Below are positions 49,129-58,048 of a DNA stretch of 64,000 nucleotides, piece by piece. The position numbers and the translations under genes were made by a program. This stretch comes from Sphingobacteriia bacterium (lineage in GTDB: Bacteria; Bacteroidota; Bacteroidia; Bacteroidales; UBA7960): NCBI GenBank assembly GCA_011390575.1, contig JAABSE010000005.1, positions 2,726 to 66,725 on the forward strand. Direction: 5' to 3'. Within the stretch, counting starts at the first letter, position 1, and each line of letters starts with the position of its first letter. The notes below the pieces were generated by a model. It saw nothing but the letters and a program-made list of their open reading frames with translations. It was not told where the DNA came from and did not search any database.

Positions 49129-50190
49129 ATGAAAAATGGATTCTGGTTTTTAATTCTAATCATATCACTGACTATCATGTCTTGTAATTTTTCAGGAAAA
49201 GACAGAGGGGAAACTGAAACAGCCCCTCCTTTGCCCCAGGCCGAAAGCATGCTGTTAACCGGCGTTTCTGAAGCGGTATGTTATTCCGGTTTCCGTACCG
49301 GGCAACATCCCGATCGGGGAGATGGGGCTGTAAATCCCAGTTATGAAGAAATACTGGAAGACTTGCAGATACTGGCAGAACAAACACCTTTCCGCTTGTT
49401 TCGGCTTTACGATTGTGAAGAAAACACCCAGATGGTGCTGGAAGTGATTCGCGAGCACAATCTCGACTTTAAAGTAATGCTGGGCATATGGCTGCGTGCC
49501 GAAATTGACAGCTATGAAACATGCGAGTGGCTCACCGAACCCTGGCCGGCAGAAACCCTTGAGCAGAACAAAAAACTCAACGATCTGGAGATAGCAAAAG
49601 GGATTGAACTGGCCAATGAATATCCGGATATCATTGCAGCGGTAAATGTAGGCAATGAAGCACTGGTTGACTGGAACGAACACCGGGTTACTGTTGATTC
49701 GGTAATTACCTACGTGAAAAGAGTTCAGCAAGCCATTGAGCAACCCGTTACGGTGGCAGATAACTACAAATGGTGGGCCGACAACGGGGCAGAGCTGGCA
49801 GAGGTAGTCGATTTCGTCTCTGTTCATACTTATCCCATCTGGGAAGGAAAGGATATCGATGAAGGGATGAGCTACACCCTTGAGAATGTTGAGGAAGTGA
49901 TGACTGCATTGCCGGGCAAACAAATTGTAATCGCTGAAGCGGGATGGGCTTCCATCGCCTCTGAGTTTGGACCAAGAGCAAGCCAGGAGAAGCAGAAACA
50001 ATATGTTAGCGACCTCATGGAGTGGTCAAAACAAAACAACATTACCACGTTCATCTTTGAAGCTTTTGACGAAGACTGGAAAGGAAATCCCGACAACCCC
50101 CTGGGAGCTGAAAAGCATTGGGGTTTATACACCGTGGATCGGGAGCCCAAAGAAGTAATAAACACATTTACCCATCACGATTCCAATTGA
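49129..50190 (+). CDS. GH17-like (clan GH-A) beta-1,3-glucanase lipoprotein
   Basis: 353 aa. Signal and lipobox LTIMSC. YSGFRTGQHPD, VNVGNEALV, IAEAGWAS, FEAFDEDWKG and EKHWGLY. Confidence 0.65.
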   Translation: MKNGFWFLILIISLTIMSCNFSGKDRGETETAPPLPQAESMLLTGVSEAVCYSGFRTGQHPDRGDGAVNPSYEEILEDLQILAEQTPFRLFRLYDCEENTQMVLEVIREHNLDFKVMLGIWLRAEIDSYETCEWLTEPWPAETLEQNKKLNDLEIAKGIELANEYPDIIAAVNVGNEALVDWNEHRVTVDSVITYVKRVQQAIEQPVTVADNYKWWADNGAELAEVVDFVSVHTYPIWEGKDIDEGMSYTLENVEEVMTALPGKQIVIAEAGWASIASEFGPRASQEKQKQYVSDLMEWSKQNNITTFIFEAFDEDWKGNPDNPLGAEKHWGLYTVDREPKEVINTFTHHDSN

Positions 50191-50240
50191 TTTGCACATT
50201 TCTGACAGAATATTAAATCATAAGAAACCTCCATTGAGTT

Positions 50241-51593
50241 ATGAGTAAAATCACCAAAAAGTTATCCATAAAAGAAAAAATCGGCTACGGCCTGGGCGAT
50301 ACGGCATCGCATTTTGTCTGGGACATGGTTGGTTTCTGGATACTGATTTTTTATACCGACACTTTTGGGATTTCAGCGGCTGCTGCGGGTACAATTATGC
50401 TGATTGCCCGGTTCTGGGATATGTTCAGCGATCCGCTGATGGGGATTATTGCCGACAGAACCAATACGCGCTGGGGAAAATTCCGACCCTATTTATTATG
50501 GATGGCATTGCCCTACAGTGTGCTGGCAGTGCTTACTTTCACTACACCCGACCTTGGTCCCACGGGGAAGGTGGTTTATGCAGGTGCAACCTATCTTTTG
50601 CTGATGACCGTTTTTACGGCCATCAACCTGCCTTATTCTTCCCTGGGAGCTGTAATGACTTCTGATTCTTATGAAAGAGCAGGCTTGAACTCCTACCGTT
50701 TCATTTTTGCTTTTGCCGGTCAGTTTATCGTAACGGGCAGTGCTCTTTACCTGGCCAACTATTTTGGCCGGGGAGACATGGCGCAGGGATATCAGTATAC
50801 GCTGATTCTTTTTGCTGTAATCAGCTTTATCCTGTTCATGGTTACCTTCAAAACAACCCGTGAAAGAGTTGCTCCGCCCAAAGCACAGCAGAAAAACCTT
50901 AAAGAGGATATCAAAAATCTTTTCCGAAACCGCCCCTGGGTAATTCTGTTTTTTGTAGGCATTATTTCGTTTGTCATGTTTGCCTTGCAAAATCTTACCA
51001 TCGCCTATTATTTCAAATATTATGTGGGACAGGAGCAAAGCGTTCAGTTGTTTAATATTATTGGTACCGTTGCATTGATCATTGGTATACCCTTTTCCAA
51101 GCCCCTTGCCCGGCGGTTCGGCAAACGAAATGTTTACATGGCAAGCTCACTGATTTCAGGTATGTTTTTCATTTTGCTTTATATCCCGGGCAACGATAAC
51201 ATTTACGCTGTTTACATTCTTAATATTCTGGCCAAATTCACCTACGCACCTGCCGTGCCATTGCTCTGGACCATGCTGGCTGATGCTGCCGATTACTCCG
51301 AATGGAAGTTCCATCGCCGGGCAACCGGGTTGGTGTTTTCGGCTGCTACATTTGCCCAGAAAGCAGGGTGGGGCATAGGAGGTGCACTGGCAGGCTGGCT
51401 GCTGGCATTGTTCCGCTTTGTGCCTAATATAGAACAAACCGCATCGTCTCTCAATGGCATTAAACTAATGATTTCCGTTTTCCCGGGAGTACTCTATATG
51501 TCTTGTGCCATACTTCTTTATTTCTATGCCATTGACCAGAAAACCTGTCTGGAAATGGAAAAAGAACTTGAACAACGAAGAGAAGAATCATAA
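50241..51593 (+). CDS. glycoside-pentoside-hexuronide (GPH):cation symporter family MFS transporter
   Basis: 450 aa, 12 TM. GYGLGD and DRTNTRWGKFRPY motifs typical of the MelB/GPH family. Confidence 0.85.
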   Translation: MSKITKKLSIKEKIGYGLGDTASHFVWDMVGFWILIFYTDTFGISAAAAGTIMLIARFWDMFSDPLMGIIADRTNTRWGKFRPYLLWMALPYSVLAVLTFTTPDLGPTGKVVYAGATYLLLMTVFTAINLPYSSLGAVMTSDSYERAGLNSYRFIFAFAGQFIVTGSALYLANYFGRGDMAQGYQYTLILFAVISFILFMVTFKTTRERVAPPKAQQKNLKEDIKNLFRNRPWVILFFVGIISFVMFALQNLTIAYYFKYYVGQEQSVQLFNIIGTVALIIGIPFSKPLARRFGKRNVYMASSLISGMFFILLYIPGNDNIYAVYILNILAKFTYAPAVPLLWTMLADAADYSEWKFHRRATGLVFSAATFAQKAGWGIGGALAGWLLALFRFVPNIEQTASSLNGIKLMISVFPGVLYMSCAILLYFYAIDQKTCLEMEKELEQRREES

Positions 51594-51615
51594 TTGCCTG
51601 TTATCATTCAAAATT

Positions 51616-52923
51616 ATGTTGAAAAATAAAATAATTATATTCCCAATGACACGAAAACTCTATTTCCTGATTCCATTATTTGCCCTGCTGTTCTCAATTT
51701 CCTGTACTCCGATGCAGGATCCCAGAAATAAATCCGCAGCAGAAATATTGGGAAATCCTGACTACCAGGCCATTTCTTATGGTGGGTATCGCGGGATTAC
51801 CAGAGACTTACAGCCTACCCTTCCACAGCTCAGGGAAGATATGAGAATATTATCCGCCATGGGGATAAAATTGCTGCGCACCTATAATGTGCATCTCGAT
51901 GAAGCAGCCAACCTGTTGGAAACCATCCATCAGCTGAAACTGGAAGACCCTGAATTTGAGATGTATGTGATGCTGGGTGCATGGATTGATTGCAAAAACG
52001 CCTGGACTGACCTGCCTGATCGGATTCGCGATGAGGAAAGTGAAAGAAATGCCGTGGAAATGGCCCGTGCAGTTGAATTGACACAACAATATCCGGATAT
52101 CGTGAAAATTCTGGCTGTGGGAAATGAAGCCATGGTACACTGGGCATGGGAGTATTATGTGGAGCCGGCCATTATACTGAAATGGGTCAATTATTTACAA
52201 AACCTCAAGAAAGAAGGTGAACTGCCCGAAACCTTGTGGATTACCAGTTCTGATAATTTCGCATCCTGGGGCGGCGGAGGTAGTGAGTACCATGTGGATG
52301 ATTTGAATGAATTGATAAAAGCGGTTGACTTTATCTCTATGCACACCTATCCCATGCACGATACACATTATAACCCCGATTTCTGGGGGGTGCCCAGAGA
52401 AGAAGCGTATATGTCGGATTTGGAAAAAATTCATTCTGCCATGCGAAGGGCAAGAGAATATGCTACTTCACAGTATCAAAGTGTAGTGGAATATATGCAA
52501 AGTCAGGGGGTAAACAAACCTGTGCATATCGGAGAAACCGGATGGGCTTCTATATCCAATGAGCAATACGGAGAAAAGGGGGCAAGAGCTACGGACGAGT
52601 ATAAAGCTGCACTCTATTATCATAATATGCGTGAATGGACCAACCGGGAAAGAATAACCTGCTTTTATTTTGAAGCTTTTGACGAACAGTGGAAAGATGC
52701 TGCCAACCCCATGGGTTCTGAAAATCATTTTGGCTTGATAAATTTACAGGCACAGGCAAAATATGCTTTGTGGGATTTGGTGGATGATGGCACCTTCGAG
52801 GGGTTAACCCGCGATGGCAACCCCATTACCAAAACCTTTCTGGGCAATAAAAAAGCTTTGATGGAAACGGTAAAAGTTCCGCCCACTGAACAGGAAATAA
52901 TGGAAAGAGAAAGACAGGATTGA
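51616..52923 (+). CDS. GH17-like (clan GH-A) beta-glucanase, secreted/lipoprotein
   Basis: The track ORF begins at GTG 51505 inside the upstream gene. ATG 51616 (or 51646, MTRKLYFLIPLFALLFSISC) gives a lipoprotein signal. AVGNEAMV, IGETGWAS, FEAFDEQWKD and ENHFGL. Confidence 0.65.
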   Translation: MLKNKIIIFPMTRKLYFLIPLFALLFSISCTPMQDPRNKSAAEILGNPDYQAISYGGYRGITRDLQPTLPQLREDMRILSAMGIKLLRTYNVHLDEAANLLETIHQLKLEDPEFEMYVMLGAWIDCKNAWTDLPDRIRDEESERNAVEMARAVELTQQYPDIVKILAVGNEAMVHWAWEYYVEPAIILKWVNYLQNLKKEGELPETLWITSSDNFASWGGGGSEYHVDDLNELIKAVDFISMHTYPMHDTHYNPDFWGVPREEAYMSDLEKIHSAMRRAREYATSQYQSVVEYMQSQGVNKPVHIGETGWASISNEQYGEKGARATDEYKAALYYHNMREWTNRERITCFYFEAFDEQWKDAANPMGSENHFGLINLQAQAKYALWDLVDDGTFEGLTRDGNPITKTFLGNKKALMETVKVPPTEQEIMERERQD

Positions 52924-52927
52924 GAGG

Positions 52928-53046
52928 GAAGACAGAAGACAGAAGACGGGAGACGGGAGACGGGAGATGGGAGATGGGGAAACGAAGACGGAGGACAGAA
53001 GACGGAAGACGGAAGTTTGAAGACAGGAGAGTGAAGACTGAAGAGT
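52928..53046 (+). repeat. 17 tandem purine-rich heptads (consensus G-R-A-G-A-C-R)
   Basis: Read directly: gaagaca gaagaca gaagacg ggagacg ggagacg ggagatg ggagatg gggaaac gaagacg gaggaca gaagacg gaagacg gaagttt gaagaca ggagagt gaagact gaagagt. It starts 5 nt after the stop of the upstream gene and ends 50 nt before the GH30 ATG. Confidence 0.9.
52948..52979 (+). other. canonical G-quadruplex motif within the heptad array
   Basis: GGGAGACGGGAGACGGGAGATGGGAGATGGGG has five G3+ tracts separated by 4-nt loops, on the sense strand of the operon. Confidence 0.7.
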
Positions 53047-53096
53047 AGAATATAGTGCGATTTTAGGATAAAATATAACCAATCAAATAAAAAGAC

Positions 53097-54614
53097 ATGA
53101 AAAGCAAAATCCAATCAATCATTTCATTCATCATAATCGTGGTCATTATGAGCAGTTGTTCCGAATCCCGGCAATGGGAAGCCGAAATCTTTGAAACTTC
53201 AGAAAGTGGCAATAAACTTAGCAAAGTAACCGAATTTCCTGCACTGGAAGAGCAGGTGGAAATTACCATTCTGCCCGATGAAAAATTCCAGACCATCACC
53301 GGGGTAGGAGGTTCTTTTACCGAAGCTTCCGCTTACCTGCTTAATCAGTTGAGCCAGGAGAACAGGGATAAAATCCTTGAAGCCTATTTTGGTGAGTCAG
53401 GTGCGAAGTATTCATTGACCCGTACCCACATGAACTCGAGTGATTTTTCGCTTGGAAACTATTCTTATGCTCCTGTTGAAGGAGATACCGAACTGGAACA
53501 TTTCTCTATTGAAGAAGACATGGATGATATCATTCCTATGATCAAAGATGCCATGGCCGTTTCCAAAGATGGATTTAAAATCATATCATCGCCCTGGACA
53601 GCCCCCCCGTGGATGAAGGATAACAAAGACTGGAAAGGAGGTAAATTATTGCCGGAATACTATGATACCTGGGCGTTATTCTTTTCCAGATATTTAGACG
53701 CTTATCGCGAACAGGGCATTGATATATGGGCATTTACAGTTGAAAATGAACCCCTGGGTAACGACAGTAACTGGGAGAGCATGCACTTCACTCCGCAGGA
53801 GATGAATGTATTTGTGAAAAACCATCTTGGACCCCAACTAAGGAATGATGAACAGGATGTTAAGATTCTGGGGTACGACCAGAATCGCGATGCTGAACTT
53901 ATCGAATGGGTCGATGCCATGTATGACGATGAAGAAGCTGCCCAATATTACGATGGTACAGCTGTTCACTGGTATGGAAGCACTTTTTACCACTTCCCCG
54001 ATGCCTTGCAATATGCTTACAATAAAGCACCCGGCAAGCACTTGATACAATCGGAAGCATGTGTTGACGCTGAAGTACCCAGGTGGCAGGATGATAAATG
54101 GTACTGGGCCAAAGAAGCTACCGATTGGGGCTGGGATTGGGCACCGGAAGAAAGAAAGCATCTGCACCCCAAATATGTACCGGTGTTTAGGTATGCCCGT
54201 GATATCATTGGTTGCTTCAATAACCAGGTAGATGGATGGGTGGACTGGAATATGGTGCTTGACAGGCAAGGGGGACCTAACTGGGCACAAAACTGGTGTG
54301 TTGCTCCTGTAATTGTAGACCCCGAAAATGATGAAGTGTATTTCACCCCGCTGTATTACACCATGGCCCATTTTAGCCGGTATATAAGACCGGGTGCTGT
54401 CAGGATCGGCTTTGATTTAGCTGATGAAGAACTGCAGGTAACTGCAGTTGAAAATCCTGATGGAAGTATTGCTGTAGTAATTTTCAATCCCACAGATAAT
54501 GCAAAAGGAATAAATCTTTCCTTGCAAGGAGAATCTCAGCAATTCGCCATCAGCGCAAAAGCCATTCAAACCCTTGTTATCGGCGGTGAAAATAATATTC
54601 AATTTTCCATCTAG
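53097..54614 (+). CDS. GH30 glycoside hydrolase (glucosylceramidase-like; candidate beta-1,6-glucanase) lipoprotein
   Basis: 505 aa. Lipobox IMSSC. SPWTAPPWMK, FTVENEP (acid/base) and LIQSEAC (nucleophile region). Confidence 0.85.
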   Translation: MKSKIQSIISFIIIVVIMSSCSESRQWEAEIFETSESGNKLSKVTEFPALEEQVEITILPDEKFQTITGVGGSFTEASAYLLNQLSQENRDKILEAYFGESGAKYSLTRTHMNSSDFSLGNYSYAPVEGDTELEHFSIEEDMDDIIPMIKDAMAVSKDGFKIISSPWTAPPWMKDNKDWKGGKLLPEYYDTWALFFSRYLDAYREQGIDIWAFTVENEPLGNDSNWESMHFTPQEMNVFVKNHLGPQLRNDEQDVKILGYDQNRDAELIEWVDAMYDDEEAAQYYDGTAVHWYGSTFYHFPDALQYAYNKAPGKHLIQSEACVDAEVPRWQDDKWYWAKEATDWGWDWAPEERKHLHPKYVPVFRYARDIIGCFNNQVDGWVDWNMVLDRQGGPNWAQNWCVAPVIVDPENDEVYFTPLYYTMAHFSRYIRPGAVRIGFDLADEELQVTAVENPDGSIAVVIFNPTDNAKGINLSLQGESQQFAISAKAIQTLVIGGENNIQFSI

Positions 54615-54638
54615 ATTATAATCAAAAAAATAAAAATA

Positions 54639-56069
54639 ATGACATCCTACAAAACACCCTTAAAAGACAGAGTGCCTCTGGGGCAAAAGGCAGCTTTCGG
54701 AGCCGGCCATTTGGTAAACAATTTATTGCCGGGATCGCTGGGGGTCTTCATGTTTTTCCTGCTTACCGCCTTTGGCATGGACCCTTTTCTTGCCGGATTG
54801 CTCGGGGGCCTGCCCCGGTTTTTTGATGCCATTACCGACCCTATCATGGGGTATATATCAGATAATACCACTTCGAAATATGGCCGCAGAAAGCCCTACA
54901 TTTTTATAGGAGCCATTCTGAGTGGAGTTTTGTTTGCTGTTTTATGGCAACTTAACCCTGAGAATACGCAAGCTTACAATTTCTGGTATTTTCTCATCCT
55001 TTCTATGGTTTACCTGTTGGGAAATACGATGTTTTCCACTCCGCTTATCGGGTTGGGTTATGAAATGACCTCTGATTACAATGAGCGCACCCGTTTGATG
55101 GGTTTCTCCCAAACCCTGGGGCAGGTTGCCTGGATGATTGTTCCCTGGTTCTGGGTACTCATTGCCAACCCTGATTTGTTTGATTCCCAGGCAATAGGCG
55201 TGCGAAGGCTCTCCATTATTGTAGGAGGTATCTGTATGGTTCTGGGGATGATGCCCGCTTTATTCTGTAAAGAAATAGACCAGTCCAATCTTACCAACCG
55301 GGATGATCTAACCCTGAAAAATATATTTAAGAACCTGAAAAGCCTGATCAGGAATATGGTGCTGGTATTTAAAAACAAGACTTTTGTAAAGCTCTGTGCT
55401 GCCACCTTTCTGGTTTTTAATGGCTTTCAGATGGTGGCATCCTTCAGTTACTTTATCATTGTCTTTTATATGTTTAAGGGTGACTATGGTGCTGCCGGAA
55501 CCTGGCCCGCCTGGTTTTCCACTGTAAGTGCCCTTTTTACTGCTTTTCTTATTATTCCCATTATCACCTGGATGGCTAATAAATGGGGTAAAAGGAATGC
55601 GTTTATTATCGCAACATTTCTCTCAATCATTGGATATGGTTTGAAATGGTGGGGTTTTAACCCGGAAAATCCCTGGTTGATGTTCATGCCGCTTCCATTG
55701 ATGGTATTTGGAATCGGGGGACTATTTACCCTGATGATGAGTATGACTGCCGATGTGTGTGACCTGGACGAACTTAACAATGGAATGCCGCGCAAGGAAG
55801 GCACTTTTGGAGCCATTTACTGGTGGATGGTGAAGCTGGGTCAGGGCCTGGCACTGGTGCTTGGCGGGTTGGTGCTTTCAGTTGTGGGTTTTGATCAGAA
55901 TGCCGCGGTTCAAACAACCGAAACCCTTACCCGTCTGAGACTTGCCGATATTATAGTTCCGGCATTCACAGCTGGGTTGGCTATACTGGTGATGTGGAAT
56001 TACGATCTCACCGAAGAAAAAGCAAGAGAGATTAAAAATGAACTTGTAAAGAGAAGAGGAGAACTCTGA
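54639..56069 (+). CDS. GPH/MFS-family sugar:cation symporter (second paralogue)
   Basis: 476 aa, about 12 TM. DNTTSKYGRRKPY motif equivalent to the GPH loop motif. Confidence 0.8.
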   Translation: MTSYKTPLKDRVPLGQKAAFGAGHLVNNLLPGSLGVFMFFLLTAFGMDPFLAGLLGGLPRFFDAITDPIMGYISDNTTSKYGRRKPYIFIGAILSGVLFAVLWQLNPENTQAYNFWYFLILSMVYLLGNTMFSTPLIGLGYEMTSDYNERTRLMGFSQTLGQVAWMIVPWFWVLIANPDLFDSQAIGVRRLSIIVGGICMVLGMMPALFCKEIDQSNLTNRDDLTLKNIFKNLKSLIRNMVLVFKNKTFVKLCAATFLVFNGFQMVASFSYFIIVFYMFKGDYGAAGTWPAWFSTVSALFTAFLIIPIITWMANKWGKRNAFIIATFLSIIGYGLKWWGFNPENPWLMFMPLPLMVFGIGGLFTLMMSMTADVCDLDELNNGMPRKEGTFGAIYWWMVKLGQGLALVLGGLVLSVVGFDQNAAVQTTETLTRLRLADIIVPAFTAGLAILVMWNYDLTEEKAREIKNELVKRRGEL

Positions 56070-56118
56070 TTTACAGGATGAAGTTATGAAGCTACTAACT
56101 ATATAATGAATAAACAAA

Positions 56119-57039
56119 ATGTCATTCAGACCTGATCAATTTTTAAGTTTCAAGGAATCGAAGCAATTTGCCAATCTCCAATTCCTTGAAGGCAAAACCG
56201 AAGAGGATTTGTCTAATTTGTTTCTGGAAATTCTCCATGGAGGAATTCATGGCTTTTGTTTCAGTCTTTACGAAGATGGACAAAAACCGGGAGACATTAT
56301 TTCCGAGGGACAAATCAGAAGAAGAATGGAGGTTTTAAAACCCCATACCCAATGGATCCGTTCCTTCTCCTGCATTGAAGGTAACGAGCTTATACCCAAA
56401 GTGGCCAAAGAATTTGGTCTTAAGACACTGGTGGGTGCCTGGCTTGGAACAGACGAAGAAAAAAACCTTCAGGAAATCGAAAATCTTATCCGGCTCTCTA
56501 AGGAAGGACTGGTGGATGTTGCGGCTGTTGGGAACGAAGTGCTCTATCGCAATGATTTGTCCGAAGCTGAACTCAAGTATTTCATTCAGCATGTAAAAAA
56601 TGAGGTGCCCGGTATTCCGGTGGGCTATGTGGATGCTTATTACGAGTTTGTCAAGAGGCCACAAATTGCGGAGCTGTGCGATGTGATTCTCAGCAATTGC
56701 TATCCTTTCTGGGAAGGTACAGATTTTAACCATTCTCTGCAGCATATGCAGCAGATGTATAATCAGGCAACGCAGGCAGCAAAGGGAAAGCCCGTAATTA
56801 TAACCGAGACCGGCTGGCCAAGCCATGGGGAAAGTCTGGGAGGAGCAGTTCCGTCGAAAATGGCCGCCATGAAGTATTTCATCAATACCCATTTATGGGC
56901 CATGGATGAAAATATTGAAGTGTTCTATTTTTCTTCCTTCGATGAATCCTGGAAGGTCGGAACGGAAGGCGATGTGGGCGCCTGGTGGGGTATCTGGGAT
57001 AAAAATGAAAAACTAAAATATGGCCATGAATACGTTTAA
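56119..57039 (+). CDS. GH17 beta-1,3-glucanase/transglycosylase-like protein without signal peptide
   Basis: 306 aa. AVGNEVLYR, ITETGWPSHG, FYFSSFDESWK and WWGIWD. The N-terminus MSFRPDQFLSFKESKQ is hydrophilic. Confidence 0.8.
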   Translation: MSFRPDQFLSFKESKQFANLQFLEGKTEEDLSNLFLEILHGGIHGFCFSLYEDGQKPGDIISEGQIRRRMEVLKPHTQWIRSFSCIEGNELIPKVAKEFGLKTLVGAWLGTDEEKNLQEIENLIRLSKEGLVDVAAVGNEVLYRNDLSEAELKYFIQHVKNEVPGIPVGYVDAYYEFVKRPQIAELCDVILSNCYPFWEGTDFNHSLQHMQQMYNQATQAAKGKPVIITETGWPSHGESLGGAVPSKMAAMKYFINTHLWAMDENIEVFYFSSFDESWKVGTEGDVGAWWGIWDKNEKLKYGHEYV

Positions 57040-57958
57040 ATCATTACATGTTTCTCCCGGCAAAGCTATATGTTATTCCGGTTTCCGGCAAGGACAGCAT
57101 CCCGGTGGGGTTTATCCTTCTTATGAGGAGGTAAAGCAGGATCTTCTCTTGCTGCAGGGACACTGGAAATATCTGAGGCTTTTTGATTGTGATAAGCATG
57201 CCGAAACAGTTCTTGAAGTAATCAGCAAGGAAAAGCTAAAATTCCAATTGATGCTCAGTGCCTATATCACGGCAGAAATGAACAACTTCAACTGCCCCTG
57301 GAACGGGGGAGTGTATTCAGAAGAAAGACTGGAATTAAACAGAACGCACAACCAGAATCGAATCAACAGGTTAATCGAACTGGCCAATCAATATCGGGAG
57401 ATAGTTTTTTCTTTGTCTGTGGGAAATGAGGCCTGCGTAGAGTGGACTGACCACTACGTGCCCGAAAAAAGAGTGGTGGATTATGTTAAGCAGGTGAAAA
57501 GCAAAACAAATCAGCCGGTTACTTTTTGCGAAAATTATGTGCCCTGGATCGTGAAGCTGGGAAACCTGGTACAGGAAGTGGATTTTATTTCCATCCATAC
57601 CTATCCCGTTTGGGAATACAAACACATCCATGAAGCACTGGATTATACCAAAGAAAACTACTACGCTGTTGCCGATAAATATCCTGATAAGCCGGTAATC
57701 ATTACCGAAGCGGGATGGGCAACCGACTCTGACGGAAGAGGGATAAATCCCGAAAATGTAAATGAAGAATTCCAGAAGATCTATTTTGAAAATCTGATGG
57801 AATGGGCTGAAAAAGAGAACATTCTTACTTTCTTTTTTGAGGCATTTGACGAAACCTGGAAAGGATCGCCCGAACCGCTTGAACCTGAAAAACATTGGGG
57901 GTTATTCAGGATTGACCGGACACCAAAATTGGCCATCAGGGATTGGATCCATGATTGA
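57020..57958 (+). CDS. GH17-like protein without signal peptide
   Basis: 312 aa. YSGFRQGQHPG, SVGNEACVEW, ITEAGWATDS, FEAFDETWKG and EKHWGLF. It overlaps the upstream gene by 20 nt (14 nt if it starts at ATG 57026). Confidence 0.7.
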   Translation: MAMNTFKSLHVSPGKAICYSGFRQGQHPGGVYPSYEEVKQDLLLLQGHWKYLRLFDCDKHAETVLEVISKEKLKFQLMLSAYITAEMNNFNCPWNGGVYSEERLELNRTHNQNRINRLIELANQYREIVFSLSVGNEACVEWTDHYVPEKRVVDYVKQVKSKTNQPVTFCENYVPWIVKLGNLVQEVDFISIHTYPVWEYKHIHEALDYTKENYYAVADKYPDKPVIITEAGWATDSDGRGINPENVNEEFQKIYFENLMEWAEKENILTFFFEAFDETWKGSPEPLEPEKHWGLFRIDRTPKLAIRDWIHD

Positions 57959-58048
57959 AAAATTTATCACGAAGAAGGCTCACAATGAATTATTAAAATC
58001 AAATAAATCAAATCAAATATTTTTTTACAAACCAAAATCACAATTATC

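Noticed and set aside
52725-53114. 129 aa reverse-strand ORF rich in Ser/Pro/Val repeats (SSVFCLPS...)
   Set aside because: Its repetitive part is just the reverse-complement reading of the purine-rich heptad array. It overlaps the 3' end of one gene and the 5' end of another, and it has no start context or domain.
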